Source of the DNA: Leptolyngbyaceae cyanobacterium
GTDB taxonomy: Bacteria > Cyanobacteriota > Cyanobacteriia > Phormidesmidales > Phormidesmidaceae
Reading direction: 5' to 3'
DNA: 26,305 bases
NCBI GenBank assembly: GCA_050331235.1
Contig: JBHJHA010000118.1
Span: forward strand, 1 to 26,305
Numbering within the stretch: position 1 is the first letter of the stretch; the number at the start of each line of letters is the position of its first letter. The position numbers and the translations under genes are program-made. Below the pieces are notes generated by a model. The model was not told where the DNA came from. It was given only the letters and a program-made list of their open reading frames with translations, and did not search any database. Shown in pieces: positions 1-10,138 of the stretch.

Positions 1-61
1 CTGATAGCATCGACCTCAAGCCGCTTTGGCTAGCTAGGTCGAGCCGTTAGGTGAATAAACG

Positions 62-94
62 AAAACCGCTCTAGATTCTCTGGAGCGGTTTTTT
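62..94 (+). terminator. Intrinsic terminator, possibly bidirectional
   Basis: AAAACCGCTCTAGA-ttc-TCTGGAGCGGTTTT forms a 14-bp stem with one G-U pair. It ends in a T6 run on + and has an A4 run on the other side. Confidence 0.8.
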
Positions 95-345
95 GATTGT
101 AGCCACATCTAAATGATTGTGATCTATAGTCATTCGACATAAGTTTGAGAATGAAAAGAACGGAATATCAAAGCTTACAGAGGTATTCTTTTCTCTTTCT
201 TAACTGGAATCACTATAAAGCCGTACTTCAAGCTTTTCGTTGTTCTTTTTGACGTTTGAAGAGATCACAGCTACCGGCAGCGATACTTCCCCTAACCATG
301 AATGAAACTGTGACTGAAACACCTGCTATGAAAACTTCTAACTCC

Positions 346-1875
346 TCACTGCATGCGGTCAATGGTGCGGTATTGGATGGCTTCGGCGACATGCTGCGCT
401 TTTAGGCCGTCAGCGTTATCGAGATCAGCGATGGTGCGGGCAACTTTGAGAATGCGATCGGTGGCGCGGGCCGAGAGGCCCAGTTTACGAACGGCGTTTT
501 CCATCAATCCGCGAGTCGTATCGTCGAGGGGGCACCAGTGACGAAGATGTTGACTCTGCATATCAGCATTGCATTGTAGTGAGGTGTCAGATTGAAAGCG
601 GGCATGGGCGCGATCGCGGGCAGTTTCCACACGCTTTCGCACCTGTTCTGAAGGCTCCCCTGATGAAACCTGTGTCATTTCTTCTGGCTTTAGCCGTCCG
701 ACCACCACCTGTAGGTCAATGCGGTCCATCAGCGGCCCTGATAGACGAGCCCAATATTGCTCACGACTGCGAGGGCTGCAAGTACAAGGCTGCACCGGGT
801 CGCCATAATAGCCACATGGGCAAGGATTAGTGCTGGCAATTAGAGTAAACTGAGCCGGAAACTCAACTGACTGTCGGGTACGGGTAATGGTGACGTAGCC
901 ATCTTCCAAGGGCTGCCGTAAAAACTCTAGTACATCACGCTTGAACTCCGTCATCTCATCTAGAAAGAGAACACCTCGGTGAGCAAGGGAAATTTCACCT
1001 GGCTTGGGAAAGCTGCCGCCCCCCACTAGGGACGGGCCAGAGGCCGAATGGTGAGGACTCCGAAACGGACGATTAGCAACCAAACTGCCCTTTTCCTTGA
1101 GCAAACCGGCTACCGAATGAATCTGTGTCACTTCCAGAGCCTCGTCAAAAGACAGCGGCGGCAAGATACTAGGCAATCGCCTGGCCAACATGGTTTTACC
1201 ACTGCCGGGCGGCCCGACAAATATAAGATTGTGGCCGCCGGCCGCCGCAATTTCGAGGGCGCGGCGAGCTTGGGCTTGCCCCTTAACATCGCGCAGATCT
1301 AAAAGATTCGTGTGAGCATTGGAAAGTTCAGCCTTTCCGTCAAGCTGATATGGCAAATGCTCCTCAGGGTGATTCAAGAAATCAACTATTTCCGACAGGT
1401 CCTTGAACCCATACACCTCAAGGCCTGGCACCACAGCCGCTTCTCGCGCATTATCAACCGGGACAACGAGGCCTTGGATGCCGAGAGTTTTAGCTGCAGC
1501 AGCGATCGCCAAAACGCCTGCCACAGGTCTGAGGCTGCCGTCGAGCGATAATTCGCCTAAAAATAAAAGCTCTCCTAACAAATCAGGCTTAATCTGCTCC
1601 GTGGCAGCCAATACGCCAACACTGATGGGCAGATCAAAACTCGGTCCTTCCTTTCGCAAATCTGCCGGTGTCAAATTGATCACGATCTTGCGCATGGGGA
1701 ACGGAAACCCAGCATTCTTGAGGGCAGCCCGACAGCGCTCCCGAGACTCTTGGACCGCCGTATCGGGCAAGCCCACCACCACAATTGTGGGCAATCCGCC
1801 GGACAGGTCGACTTCTACACCAACTTTAATCGCGTCAATGCCGACGATCGCAGCACTCCAAATTCTCGACAGCAT
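346..1875 (-). CDS. comM: YifB/ComM family Mg-chelatase-like AAA+ ATPase
   Basis: 509 aa. N-terminal VGLPDTAVQESRER and NLTPADLRKEGPSFDLPI, Walker A GPPGSGKT, RPFRSPHH, Walker B LFLDE, NPCPCG...CTC and LSARA motifs. Confidence 0.93.
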   Translation of the reverse strand: MLSRIWSAAIVGIDAIKVGVEVDLSGGLPTIVVVGLPDTAVQESRERCRAALKNAGFPFPMRKIVINLTPADLRKEGPSFDLPISVGVLAATEQIKPDLLGELLFLGELSLDGSLRPVAGVLAIAAAAKTLGIQGLVVPVDNAREAAVVPGLEVYGFKDLSEIVDFLNHPEEHLPYQLDGKAELSNAHTNLLDLRDVKGQAQARRALEIAAAGGHNLIFVGPPGSGKTMLARRLPSILPPLSFDEALEVTQIHSVAGLLKEKGSLVANRPFRSPHHSASGPSLVGGGSFPKPGEISLAHRGVLFLDEMTEFKRDVLEFLRQPLEDGYVTITRTRQSVEFPAQFTLIASTNPCPCGYYGDPVQPCTCSPRSREQYWARLSGPLMDRIDLQVVVGRLKPEEMTQVSSGEPSEQVRKRVETARDRAHARFQSDTSLQCNADMQSQHLRHWCPLDDTTRGLMENAVRKLGLSARATDRILKVARTIADLDNADGLKAQHVAEAIQYRTIDRMQ

Positions 1876-2106
1876 AACACCCTAATTCCAGTAGATAGCG
1901 TTAGAGTGCCCGTTAATTGCTCAAGGATGGCGAAAGCGGTGAGATGCTGACTAGACGCCCATTTTTGGAAGTAACGCCCGATGGGCATTCACCATCGAGC
2001 TCGACGTTATAAATCTACCCCTGAGATCTCTCACAATGCAGAGGGGCAGAGATGAACTGTTTTCCTAAGGTAAAAAGGTTAGTCCAATAATCTAGTGAGA
2101 GTCTGT

Positions 2107-2247
2107 ATGACCACTGAAAGTAATAAGTCTTTTGCCGAAAAGAACGAAGAGCATGTCAAGCAAGCGATCAACAAAGTCGAAGAAATCGCCACTGATGACG
2201 CTGAAACAACAGCTTCGGAAAAGTCAAAAAACACTAACGCTCACTAA
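2107..2247 (+). CDS. Putative 46-aa hydrophilic small protein (not in ORF track)
   Basis: ATG 2107 to TAA 2245-2247 gives MTTESNKSFAEKNEEHVKQAINKVEEIATDDAETTASEKSKNTNAH. GTGAGAG lies just upstream, and the ORF fills the gap between comM and tRNA-Gln. Confidence 0.55.
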   Translation: MTTESNKSFAEKNEEHVKQAINKVEEIATDDAETTASEKSKNTNAH

Positions 2248-2389
2248 GCGCCAGATGTTTCAACCCTCACCTTAGGATGAGCAAAGTCTGCTCATCCTTT
2301 TTTATTGTATCCATGTCATATTCAAAAAAGTGCCTATATGCGTTGCCGCAACACACATTTTTGAGTCAAGGCAGGTTTCTGAAATTAAA

Positions 2390-2461
2390 CTGGGGTGCCA
2401 GGATTCGAACCTGGGAATGGCGGGACCAAAACCCGCTGCCTTACCGCTTGGCGACACCCCA
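2390..2461 (-). tRNA. trnQ: tRNA-Gln(TTG)
   Basis: Reverse complement TGGGGTGTCGCCAAGCGGTAAGGCAGCGGGTTTTGGTCCCGCCATTCCCAGGTTCGAATCCTGGCACCCCAG. Anticodon arm GCGGG-TT-TTG-GT-CCCGC, T-loop TTCGAAT, CCA not encoded. Confidence 0.97.
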
Positions 2462-2572
2462 ATACACAGGCTTAAATAATCTAGCAGTTTTTGACCACTG
2501 TGTGTCAAGCATTTTTTCCAAGGCAGCCAATTTTTTGGCAGGAATGAGCTCGGGGGGGCTGATCACGTTTGC

Positions 2573-3505
2573 TCAAGTTGTTTCTGGTGTGTTGGCAATA
2601 GATAATGCTGGGCCAGTATCGGCGATCGCCCCGATGATTTCCCGAATGTTCTCAGCTAGAGAGCCCGGTTGCTCAAGCATGGCCATATGTCCGCAGTTGA
2701 GCAACACTCGTACGTTTCCCTCCGAACAGTCAAATAGCGCATGGAAGCTGGCTAGATGCCTCACATACTTTACTTCCATAACAGCATCGTCTGCGCCTGC
2801 AATAAAGTGGACTGGCTGATGGAGATGGCTCACCACCTGAGGTAAGCGATGCACCTCTGCCTCAGTGGTGGACTCTAACAAGATGCTTGTCGCCGCTTCT
2901 GAATGTGCTGCCAATAAATCAGTAACCCGTTGCTGGCCCCAAGTCGCAGTCAGCGGTTTGCAGACCATCATCCTGGCAAAGGCAAAATTGATCAAGGGCA
3001 GGGTACCCAACCAAGCTGGGCGCCATCGGACGATTTGTTGCCCTGCTTGCCGAAACCGCGCGAACTCATCGGGCAGATACAGGCCTCCGCCAGCATTGAC
3101 GCAAATGACCCCATCAACTTTTTGAGGAAATAATTTCGCTGCCCAAAGCGCAATACTCCCTCCTAGGGAATGACCAACCAACCAAATGGGTGAGGTCACC
3201 TCCAATGTCTCTAGTAAAGTCCCTAAATCTTCAGCGTAGGCTTCTAAGCTATAGGGAGCAGCGTGATCAGCTTTGTTGTGAGTTATGAGGGGCGATCGCT
3301 GCTCGATGTTCTGGTTGGATTGACCAAAACCTCTCAAATCATAGGTCAAATATTGAAAAGCCGAACCCAGACAATCAACCACTGGATTCCAATAGCGCTG
3401 GCTCAACAGCCAGCCATGAATGAAGACAATCGTTGCCGTTGTTTTGGGTGTTTTAGGCGTGAGTCGATAGGCGTGGGGCACCCCTAAAACATTTAAATAA
3501 GCCAT
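2573..3505 (-). CDS. Alpha/beta fold hydrolase
   Basis: HGW oxyanion motif, YDLRGFG, nucleophile elbow GHSLGG, acid GADD and His CGHM. ATG 3505 with GGGGA upstream is preferred over TTG 3538. Confidence 0.88.
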   Translation of the reverse strand: MAYLNVLGVPHAYRLTPKTPKTTATIVFIHGWLLSQRYWNPVVDCLGSAFQYLTYDLRGFGQSNQNIEQRSPLITHNKADHAAPYSLEAYAEDLGTLLETLEVTSPIWLVGHSLGGSIALWAAKLFPQKVDGVICVNAGGGLYLPDEFARFRQAGQQIVRWRPAWLGTLPLINFAFARMMVCKPLTATWGQQRVTDLLAAHSEAATSILLESTTEAEVHRLPQVVSHLHQPVHFIAGADDAVMEVKYVRHLASFHALFDCSEGNVRVLLNCGHMAMLEQPGSLAENIREIIGAIADTGPALSIANTPETT

Positions 3506-3558
3506 ATCCCCATCATATCCTGGGGATGCAAGGATCAAAGATAGTATGTGTACTCAAC

Positions 3559-4284
3559 TTAACCCGTACCACAGAGGAGACGATAACGGACCCCTTCAGC
3601 AATCTTTTGTCCCAAATATTCTGGAATTAAGCTCTCGTTTGGGCCTAAAAGATACAAAATCAAACGCGTTCGTCCTCGCCAGACAAGTAAGTTTGCATTG
3701 ACAACCAGCAAATCTTCTTGCCACACCGCATACATGACCTTGTAAAACAATCCTGGTTGGTTATCGGCTTCAATCAGCAATGCAGGTAGATGAAACACCG
3801 GATCAACGTAAAATTCAGTTTCAACCTGCTCTAAGCCTTCATCTAAGTTGAATTCGACGGTGAGCATTTCTTCTACTTCAAAATGTCCAGCCAGGGCCTC
3901 CCGGACTGCGCGGCAAACATTTTCCGCAGTTTTGGTGGGTAGTGCCTTGCCCCCCCGAGAAACCACCAGCTTAATAAATACCAGCATAGGCGGATAAATC
4001 TGACCGTAAAGGCTCAGATTATGGATGGTCAGGCCGTATGCTGCCAATACCCCAAAAATGTCGCTGAGCAAAAAGGACTGGTTGCGATAGGCAAAATGTA
4101 GAGCGCTACGGTTTCCTTCGGGTTTGAGTTCGATAACGGCTTTCCGAGTCTTATAGAGTTGATAGGCTAAACGTAAGTTTTGTAGCTGAATTTCACTGCT
4201 GACAAACTGCTCATAGAACTGAGGAAAGGCACGATTGAATCGTTTGAGCAAAGCGACAGTGGATGGTTTTAAACCAGCAGCCAT
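3559..4284 (-). CDS. Conserved hypothetical protein with two ACT-like domains resembling the GlnD C-terminus
   Basis: 241 aa from ATG 4284. ACT-like signatures ALHFAYRNQSFLLSDIFGVLAAYGLTIHNL and ALLIEADNQPGLFYKVMYAVWQEDLLVVNA. The domain call is by eye. Confidence 0.7.
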   Translation of the reverse strand: MAAGLKPSTVALLKRFNRAFPQFYEQFVSSEIQLQNLRLAYQLYKTRKAVIELKPEGNRSALHFAYRNQSFLLSDIFGVLAAYGLTIHNLSLYGQIYPPMLVFIKLVVSRGGKALPTKTAENVCRAVREALAGHFEVEEMLTVEFNLDEGLEQVETEFYVDPVFHLPALLIEADNQPGLFYKVMYAVWQEDLLVVNANLLVWRGRTRLILYLLGPNESLIPEYLGQKIAEGVRYRLLCGTG

Positions 4285-4448
4285 AACCAGGAAACACTTA
4301 ATATTTTGCGTCGAGCCCAATCTATGCAAGCAGGCAACAGCCGGAATCGAGACAGATGTATCCTCATCTTATCCCTGCTCTTTAAAATTCCGACTCTGGT
4401 ACAACAGACAGGTCATCCCTGAGGGAGACTTGAGGGCTCAGGCGGTGA

Positions 4449-5078
<630 letters not shown>

Positions 5079-5421
5079 GCAGGGCGAACAGTTTGAATCG
5101 CGCAGGCAGATCACTTCTGGCGGCACCCGCAAGGCGATATTTCTCCAAGGTCAATAGCACCCTGGTCGTCGTGTGGACTATGGTCAGGGATGCTGCTGCG
5201 ATCGCAGCGCTTGGGAAGTCCTGCCGATTGCCTGCAATCGTGGCTATGCCACAAAGGTTTCCAGGAATTCCCTTAAACGCAAGCCACTGGGCTTGGCATT
5301 ACGTAGCTGCAGGCAACAACAACCTTAGCGAGGGAAGCTAACGATAATTTGTTGACATATGTCCGCTGGGCATGCGAATGTGGATGTGTGATCGCGTCAT
5401 TCCTCATTAACCTTCGATATC

Positions 5422-5658
5422 ATATTAACTCTCGATTCCTCAGGTAGTGCAGTACTGTCTGCTCCAAATGCCAGCAGTGTCCGTGTCGTTGTTGTGGGCA
5501 CCCATGCTGCGGTAAATAACTATATCGTTACCCAGCATCGATTGGGGTTTGCCGAGGTGCCTGCTTGGTCGCCGCCCCTGCCGACTCAGCACCCAGGACA
5601 GATCATGAGAATTTTGACCAAAAGACTGACTTTGCCGACAGAGCAGCGATCTTCCTAA
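5422..5658 (+). pseudogene. Small cyanobacterial hypothetical-family ORF lacking a canonical start (ATA start or pseudogene)
   Basis: The frame is open from 5392 to TAA 5656-5658 and reads ...VRVVVVGTHAAVNNYIVTQHRLGFAEVPAWSPPLPTQHPGQIMRILTKR. The in-frame ATG 5359 is cut off by TGA 5389; an in-frame ATA sits at 5422. Confidence 0.6.
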
Positions 5659-5693
5659 GACGCACTAAAATAGAACCCAGTTCTTCATCCTGT

Positions 5694-8402
5694 GTGCCTA
5701 GTCCAGTGCTTAATCTGGAAACGCTTTTTCCTTTTCAACTCGACTCCTTCCAAAAAGACGCTGTCCGGGCGCTCGATGAGGGTAAATCAGTAGTGGTATG
5801 TGCTCCGACTGGCTCTGGTAAGACGTTGGTCGGTGAATACGCGATTTATCGGGCGTTAGATCGCGGCAAGCGGGTGTTTTATACCACTCCGCTTAAAGCT
5901 CTGTCCAATCAAAAGTTGCGAGACTTTCGCGAGCAGTTTGGTTTTGATAACGTTGGTCTACTCACGGGGGACATTGCTATTAACCGTGACGCCGCAGTCG
6001 TCGTTATGACGACCGAGGTCTTTCGCAACATGCTCTATGGCACGCGGATTGGTGAAGTGGGCACTTCCCTGACGGATGTCGAAGCAGTGGTGCTAGACGA
6101 ATGTCACTATATGAACGATCGCCAGCGTGGCACTGTTTGGGAAGAGTCCATCATTTATTGCCCGCCTGAACTCCAGATTGCAGCCTTATCTGCCACCGTT
6201 GAGAACGGCGATCAGCTGACAGACTGGCTGAGTCAGGTACATGGACCGACAGAGCTGATTTATTCTGATTTTCGTCCAGTTCCCTTACATTTTCATTACT
6301 GCCACAGTAAGGGGCTATTCCCATTACTCAACGCTCAGCAAACTAAGATTAACCCTCGCTTAAAGCAGCGACGGTCTAAGGACTCTTCGCGACGGGGCAA
6401 AAAGGATGCCTTATCCATCCCCTATGTGGTGGGTCAGTTGCATCAGCGGCAGATGTTGCCAGCGATTTACTTTATTTTTAGTCGCCGAGGATGCGATCGC
6501 GCCGTGACGGCAATGGGTAGTCTTTCCCTCGTGGATGATGCGGAAGCCGCAGCGTTGAACGAAAAAATTGATGAGTTTCTCGCCTGGAATCCTGATGCAG
6601 CTCGTGCCGGTCAAGTAGAGCCCCTCAGGCGAGGCATCGCGGCCCATCACGCGGGGATTTTGCCCGCCTGGAAAGGGCTGGTGGAGGAGTTATTTCAGGC
6701 CGGGTTGATCAAAGTGGTCTTTGCCACTGAGACTCTAGCTGCTGGTATCAATATGCCAGCTCGCACAACAGTTATTTCGAGTTTGTCTAAACGTACGGAT
6801 AACGGTCACCGATTGCTGATGGCGTCTGAGTTTTTACAAATGTCTGGGCGCGCAGGTCGTCGTGGTATGGACGAGCTAGGGCATGTGGTCACTGTCGAGT
6901 CCCCCTTTGAAGGTGCGCGGGAGGCGGCCTATCTGGCGACAGTCGGCCCCGATCCACTGGTGAGCCAGTTCACGCCCAGCTATGGCATGGTACTCAACCT
7001 TCTACAGCGTCACACGCTCGAAGAAGCCCGCACTCTTGTTGAGCGCAGCTTTGGACAATATTTAGCCAATCTACAACTCGCCCCTCAGCGACAGGCGATC
7101 GCCCACCTGCGAGATGAGATTGAGCATGTGCGTGCCCAGGTCGAAGCGTTTGATGAGTCAGTGCTGGCTGATTATGTCAAGCTGCGGGAGCGCCTCCGGG
7201 AGGAGAAACGACTCCTCAAGATTTTGCAACAGCAGGCGGCAGAGGTATTACAGAGCGATATGGGAACCGCCCTAGCGTTTGCGATCGCCGGCACTACCCT
7301 TTCGCTCAAGGGTAAGCATGTCGCAGTCAGTACCCCCTTACCAGCGGTGTTAGTTGCCAAGGTGCCTGGTTCAGGTAAATTTCCCTATTTAATCTGTCTC
7401 ACCCAAGACAACCGTTGGTACGTGGTAGCGACCAATGATGTGGCCGCCTTACATGCCGAATATACTCGACTGGCAGCAGACGATGGGTTGGTGCCGCCGC
7501 CAGACTTGGCTCATAAACCTGGTCAGCATTGGCCTGGCGACGCTGAGACGGCCTTAATTGCTTGTCAAATTCCACAGCCGCCCCCGTTGGAAGAAATTGC
7601 GCCTGAGGTGAAAGAGCAGCTATCGCAAACTCGAGGGGTTGAAGAGCGCCTCGAGACTCATCCAGCCAAAGAGTATGGCAACCCGAAAAAACTGCTCAAA
7701 CAATACCAGCGAATTCAGCGGTTGGAGCAAGATCTGCGTAATCGCGAGCAAGCTTTGGTCAATTCCAGCGATCGCTATTGGCAAGAATTTATCAGCATCA
7801 TGGCAGTGTTAGAACACTTTGATTGTCTTGATGCGAGTCAGCCGACTGCCCTTGGTGAAACTGCAGCCGCTATCCGCGGCGATAATGAGATTTGGCTTGG
7901 CTTGGCTCTGGCATCAGGGAAATTTGATCGACTGAGTCCGGCACAGTTAGCCGCTGCCTGTGCTGCCCTGGTTACCGAAACTGTTCGACCGGATACATGG
8001 GTTGATTATGATCATTCCGCCCCCGTGGATGAAGCGCTTAGCAGTTTGCGTCAATTGCGGCGTGAACTGTTTCAGCAACAGCGACGTCACAACATCATGT
8101 TCCCCATCTGGCTGGAATACGATCTCATTGGTCTAGTTGAACGATGGATTGAGCTAGGGGAAGCCGTTGCTAATGGCCCGGCAGAAGGCTTTGGGGGTTC
8201 AAAAAAAGGGAAAGAGCGGGGTGACTGGGCTGACTTGTGCAGCAATACCAGCCTCGATGAAGGCGATATTGTGAGAGTATTACGGCGCACGCTGGATTTC
8301 TTATCACAAATCCCCCACGTACCCCATATTTCTGACCGGTTACGCAGTAATGCGCGGCAGGCGTGCGAATGGATGAATCGTTTCCCAGTCAACGAAAATT
8401 AG
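5694..8402 (+). CDS. helY: Ski2/HelY-like DEXH-box RNA helicase
   Basis: APTGSGKT, TPLKALSNQK, DECH, LSAT, FATETLAAGINMPART, QMSGRAGRRG and C-terminal DEGDIVR. GTG 5694, downstream of a TAAAAT hexamer at 5666-5671, is preferred over TTG 5565. Confidence 0.88.
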   Translation: MPSPVLNLETLFPFQLDSFQKDAVRALDEGKSVVVCAPTGSGKTLVGEYAIYRALDRGKRVFYTTPLKALSNQKLRDFREQFGFDNVGLLTGDIAINRDAAVVVMTTEVFRNMLYGTRIGEVGTSLTDVEAVVLDECHYMNDRQRGTVWEESIIYCPPELQIAALSATVENGDQLTDWLSQVHGPTELIYSDFRPVPLHFHYCHSKGLFPLLNAQQTKINPRLKQRRSKDSSRRGKKDALSIPYVVGQLHQRQMLPAIYFIFSRRGCDRAVTAMGSLSLVDDAEAAALNEKIDEFLAWNPDAARAGQVEPLRRGIAAHHAGILPAWKGLVEELFQAGLIKVVFATETLAAGINMPARTTVISSLSKRTDNGHRLLMASEFLQMSGRAGRRGMDELGHVVTVESPFEGAREAAYLATVGPDPLVSQFTPSYGMVLNLLQRHTLEEARTLVERSFGQYLANLQLAPQRQAIAHLRDEIEHVRAQVEAFDESVLADYVKLRERLREEKRLLKILQQQAAEVLQSDMGTALAFAIAGTTLSLKGKHVAVSTPLPAVLVAKVPGSGKFPYLICLTQDNRWYVVATNDVAALHAEYTRLAADDGLVPPPDLAHKPGQHWPGDAETALIACQIPQPPPLEEIAPEVKEQLSQTRGVEERLETHPAKEYGNPKKLLKQYQRIQRLEQDLRNREQALVNSSDRYWQEFISIMAVLEHFDCLDASQPTALGETAAAIRGDNEIWLGLALASGKFDRLSPAQLAAACAALVTETVRPDTWVDYDHSAPVDEALSSLRQLRRELFQQQRRHNIMFPIWLEYDLIGLVERWIELGEAVANGPAEGFGGSKKGKERGDWADLCSNTSLDEGDIVRVLRRTLDFLSQIPHVPHISDRLRSNARQACEWMNRFPVNEN

Positions 8403-8847
8403 CTGTGGACCTACTGCGCTAAGTCATGGCCTGACGCCGGGACAGCAATCCCGAGCTAGCTTATTCGTGTCATGCCGAGGGATGGCTCCACCTTGGCCCT
8501 AGAACCTGATACTTGAAATTTACTCCCCGACAATCTGCGCAGCATCAACTTGAATGCTGCTACCGGTATGGTCTTAACGGGAGACGGGGAGCGTATGCAA
8601 ACATAATAGTTAGCTCATAATTATATAGATGTAAAAGTCTCAGTCACCGGACCTCATCAATTTGGTCGAGGCTTGCGCCCACGGATATTTGATAGGGTTC
8701 AAGAACTGGTCTCAGGTTGATACGGTGTCCAGATCAAGCGTCGTCATATCTGGGTATGTTCGAGGTGAACAGCCCTGAGTGGGCTTGTTCCGACACCCTC
8801 TCTACGTGCAATATTAGATAGATAAAGACTCTCAGCGAGAAATAGCC

Positions 8848-10002
8848 GTGTCGCTATCTAAAGGATTTGAAGTTGAAATTTATACAGGAACGCCGGCAGG
8901 AGAAATTATTGGCTTTTCAGATCGTATCGTGGCCAATCTCGATGGTTTTGTCCGTGAACCCGATGCGCGCAATGTTGAGTACACGACGCCCCCCCTCAAT
9001 CGATATGAACAACTCCTTTGCGAGCTAGTGCGACCGCGCCAGGCCCTGCGGACTTATCTCAAAACCTTAGGAGACTATACGCTGGTCCCAGGCAGTGCTC
9101 TGTCCTCTGGTGATACGGAGCACTTCCATCGCTCTGATCCGCATAATCCTTACCATGCTTACATCGAGCAGACTTATCACACCGATGTGGTAACCGCGAG
9201 CATTCATATCAATATTGGTATTGCTGACCCTGAAGTGCTCATGCAGGCTTGTCGTTTGATTCGATTGGAAGCGCCACTATACCTGGCTCTGACGGCTTCG
9301 TCGCCATTTCTGGATCATGCTCCCACGGGATATCATTCGACCCGCTGGCATCTGTTTCCTCAAACGCCGCAGCATATTCCGCTGTTTACGAGTCATCAGC
9401 ATCATATTGACTGGATAGAGGCGCAGCTGGCAATGGAGACGATGCGAAATGTTCGTCACCTATGGAGTTCTGTACGCCCTAATGGCGATCGCCGCCCCTA
9501 TTGTCTCAATCGGTTAGAGCTGCGCATCTGTGATTTGGTCATTGATCCGCTGCGTCTATTGGCTGTGACGGCGCTGTTAGAAGCCCGACTACTGCAGATG
9601 ATGGCTGATCCGTCGCTTGATCCGCTGTTAATTAGTCAATTACCCCAAGTCAGCCGAGCAGATGATCTCGTCAAGCTGGCCTCCGCAAATGAACAAGCAG
9701 TGGCTCGCTCTAGCCTCGATGCGGTGGTCAATCACTGGTCAGATGGGCGCTCATTAACGGCTAAGCAATGGATCCAAGACCTATATGAAACTGTTTGGCC
9801 AATTGCCCATCAACAGGGATTTGGCTGTTTTCTAACCCCGATTCGTGCCATTTTGGAGCAGGGTAATGAAGCTCAGCGTTGGCTAACATTGCATGATCAA
9901 GGGCATAGCGTGCAAGAAATTCTTGCGTTGGCGATCGCAGAGGCTACGGAGCAAGATCATCAACTAGCCGAAGAACTGTGCCTTCCCTGCATTACGGGAT
10001 AG
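8848..10002 (+). CDS. gshA: Glutamate--cysteine ligase, cyanobacterial GCS2 type
   Basis: KGFEVEIYTG, REPDARNVEY, SIHINIG, ASSPF, HLWSSVRPNG and NRLELRICD. Lies next to trmL and the LysM-M23 gene, as in other cyanobacteria. Confidence 0.92.
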   Translation: MSLSKGFEVEIYTGTPAGEIIGFSDRIVANLDGFVREPDARNVEYTTPPLNRYEQLLCELVRPRQALRTYLKTLGDYTLVPGSALSSGDTEHFHRSDPHNPYHAYIEQTYHTDVVTASIHINIGIADPEVLMQACRLIRLEAPLYLALTASSPFLDHAPTGYHSTRWHLFPQTPQHIPLFTSHQHHIDWIEAQLAMETMRNVRHLWSSVRPNGDRRPYCLNRLELRICDLVIDPLRLLAVTALLEARLLQMMADPSLDPLLISQLPQVSRADDLVKLASANEQAVARSSLDAVVNHWSDGRSLTAKQWIQDLYETVWPIAHQQGFGCFLTPIRAILEQGNEAQRWLTLHDQGHSVQEILALAIAEATEQDHQLAEELCLPCITG

Positions 10003-10138
10003 ATTAAGTCGTAAGCTGTCAACCGTGATAGCGAGCAAAATGTGAACTAATATTTTTATTGATTAAAAAAATGTATCGTTGAACCCCTGGTTTTGGGTTT
10101 TGCGCTTCACGAGTTCGTCTACTGAGTCATTGATATTG

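Noticed and set aside
1..50. Possible 3' end of an upstream gene (..DSIDLKPLWLARSSR* or ..LIASTSSRFG*)
   Set aside because: Too short to fix the frame or identity.
95..345. AT-rich spacer with short ORFs (33 aa on +, about 23-40 aa on -)
   Set aside because: No recognisable motif or reliable start. It may be decayed sequence, but I cannot support a call.
2277..2819. 180-aa + strand ORF and 68-aa - strand ORF (2302-2508)
   Set aside because: Both run through tRNA-Gln, the longer one is antisense to the hydrolase, and neither shows recognisable motifs.
5565..5693. N-terminal extension of the helicase in the ORF track
   Set aside because: It overlaps the better-supported small ORF in another frame, and a -10-like TAAAAT lies inside it.
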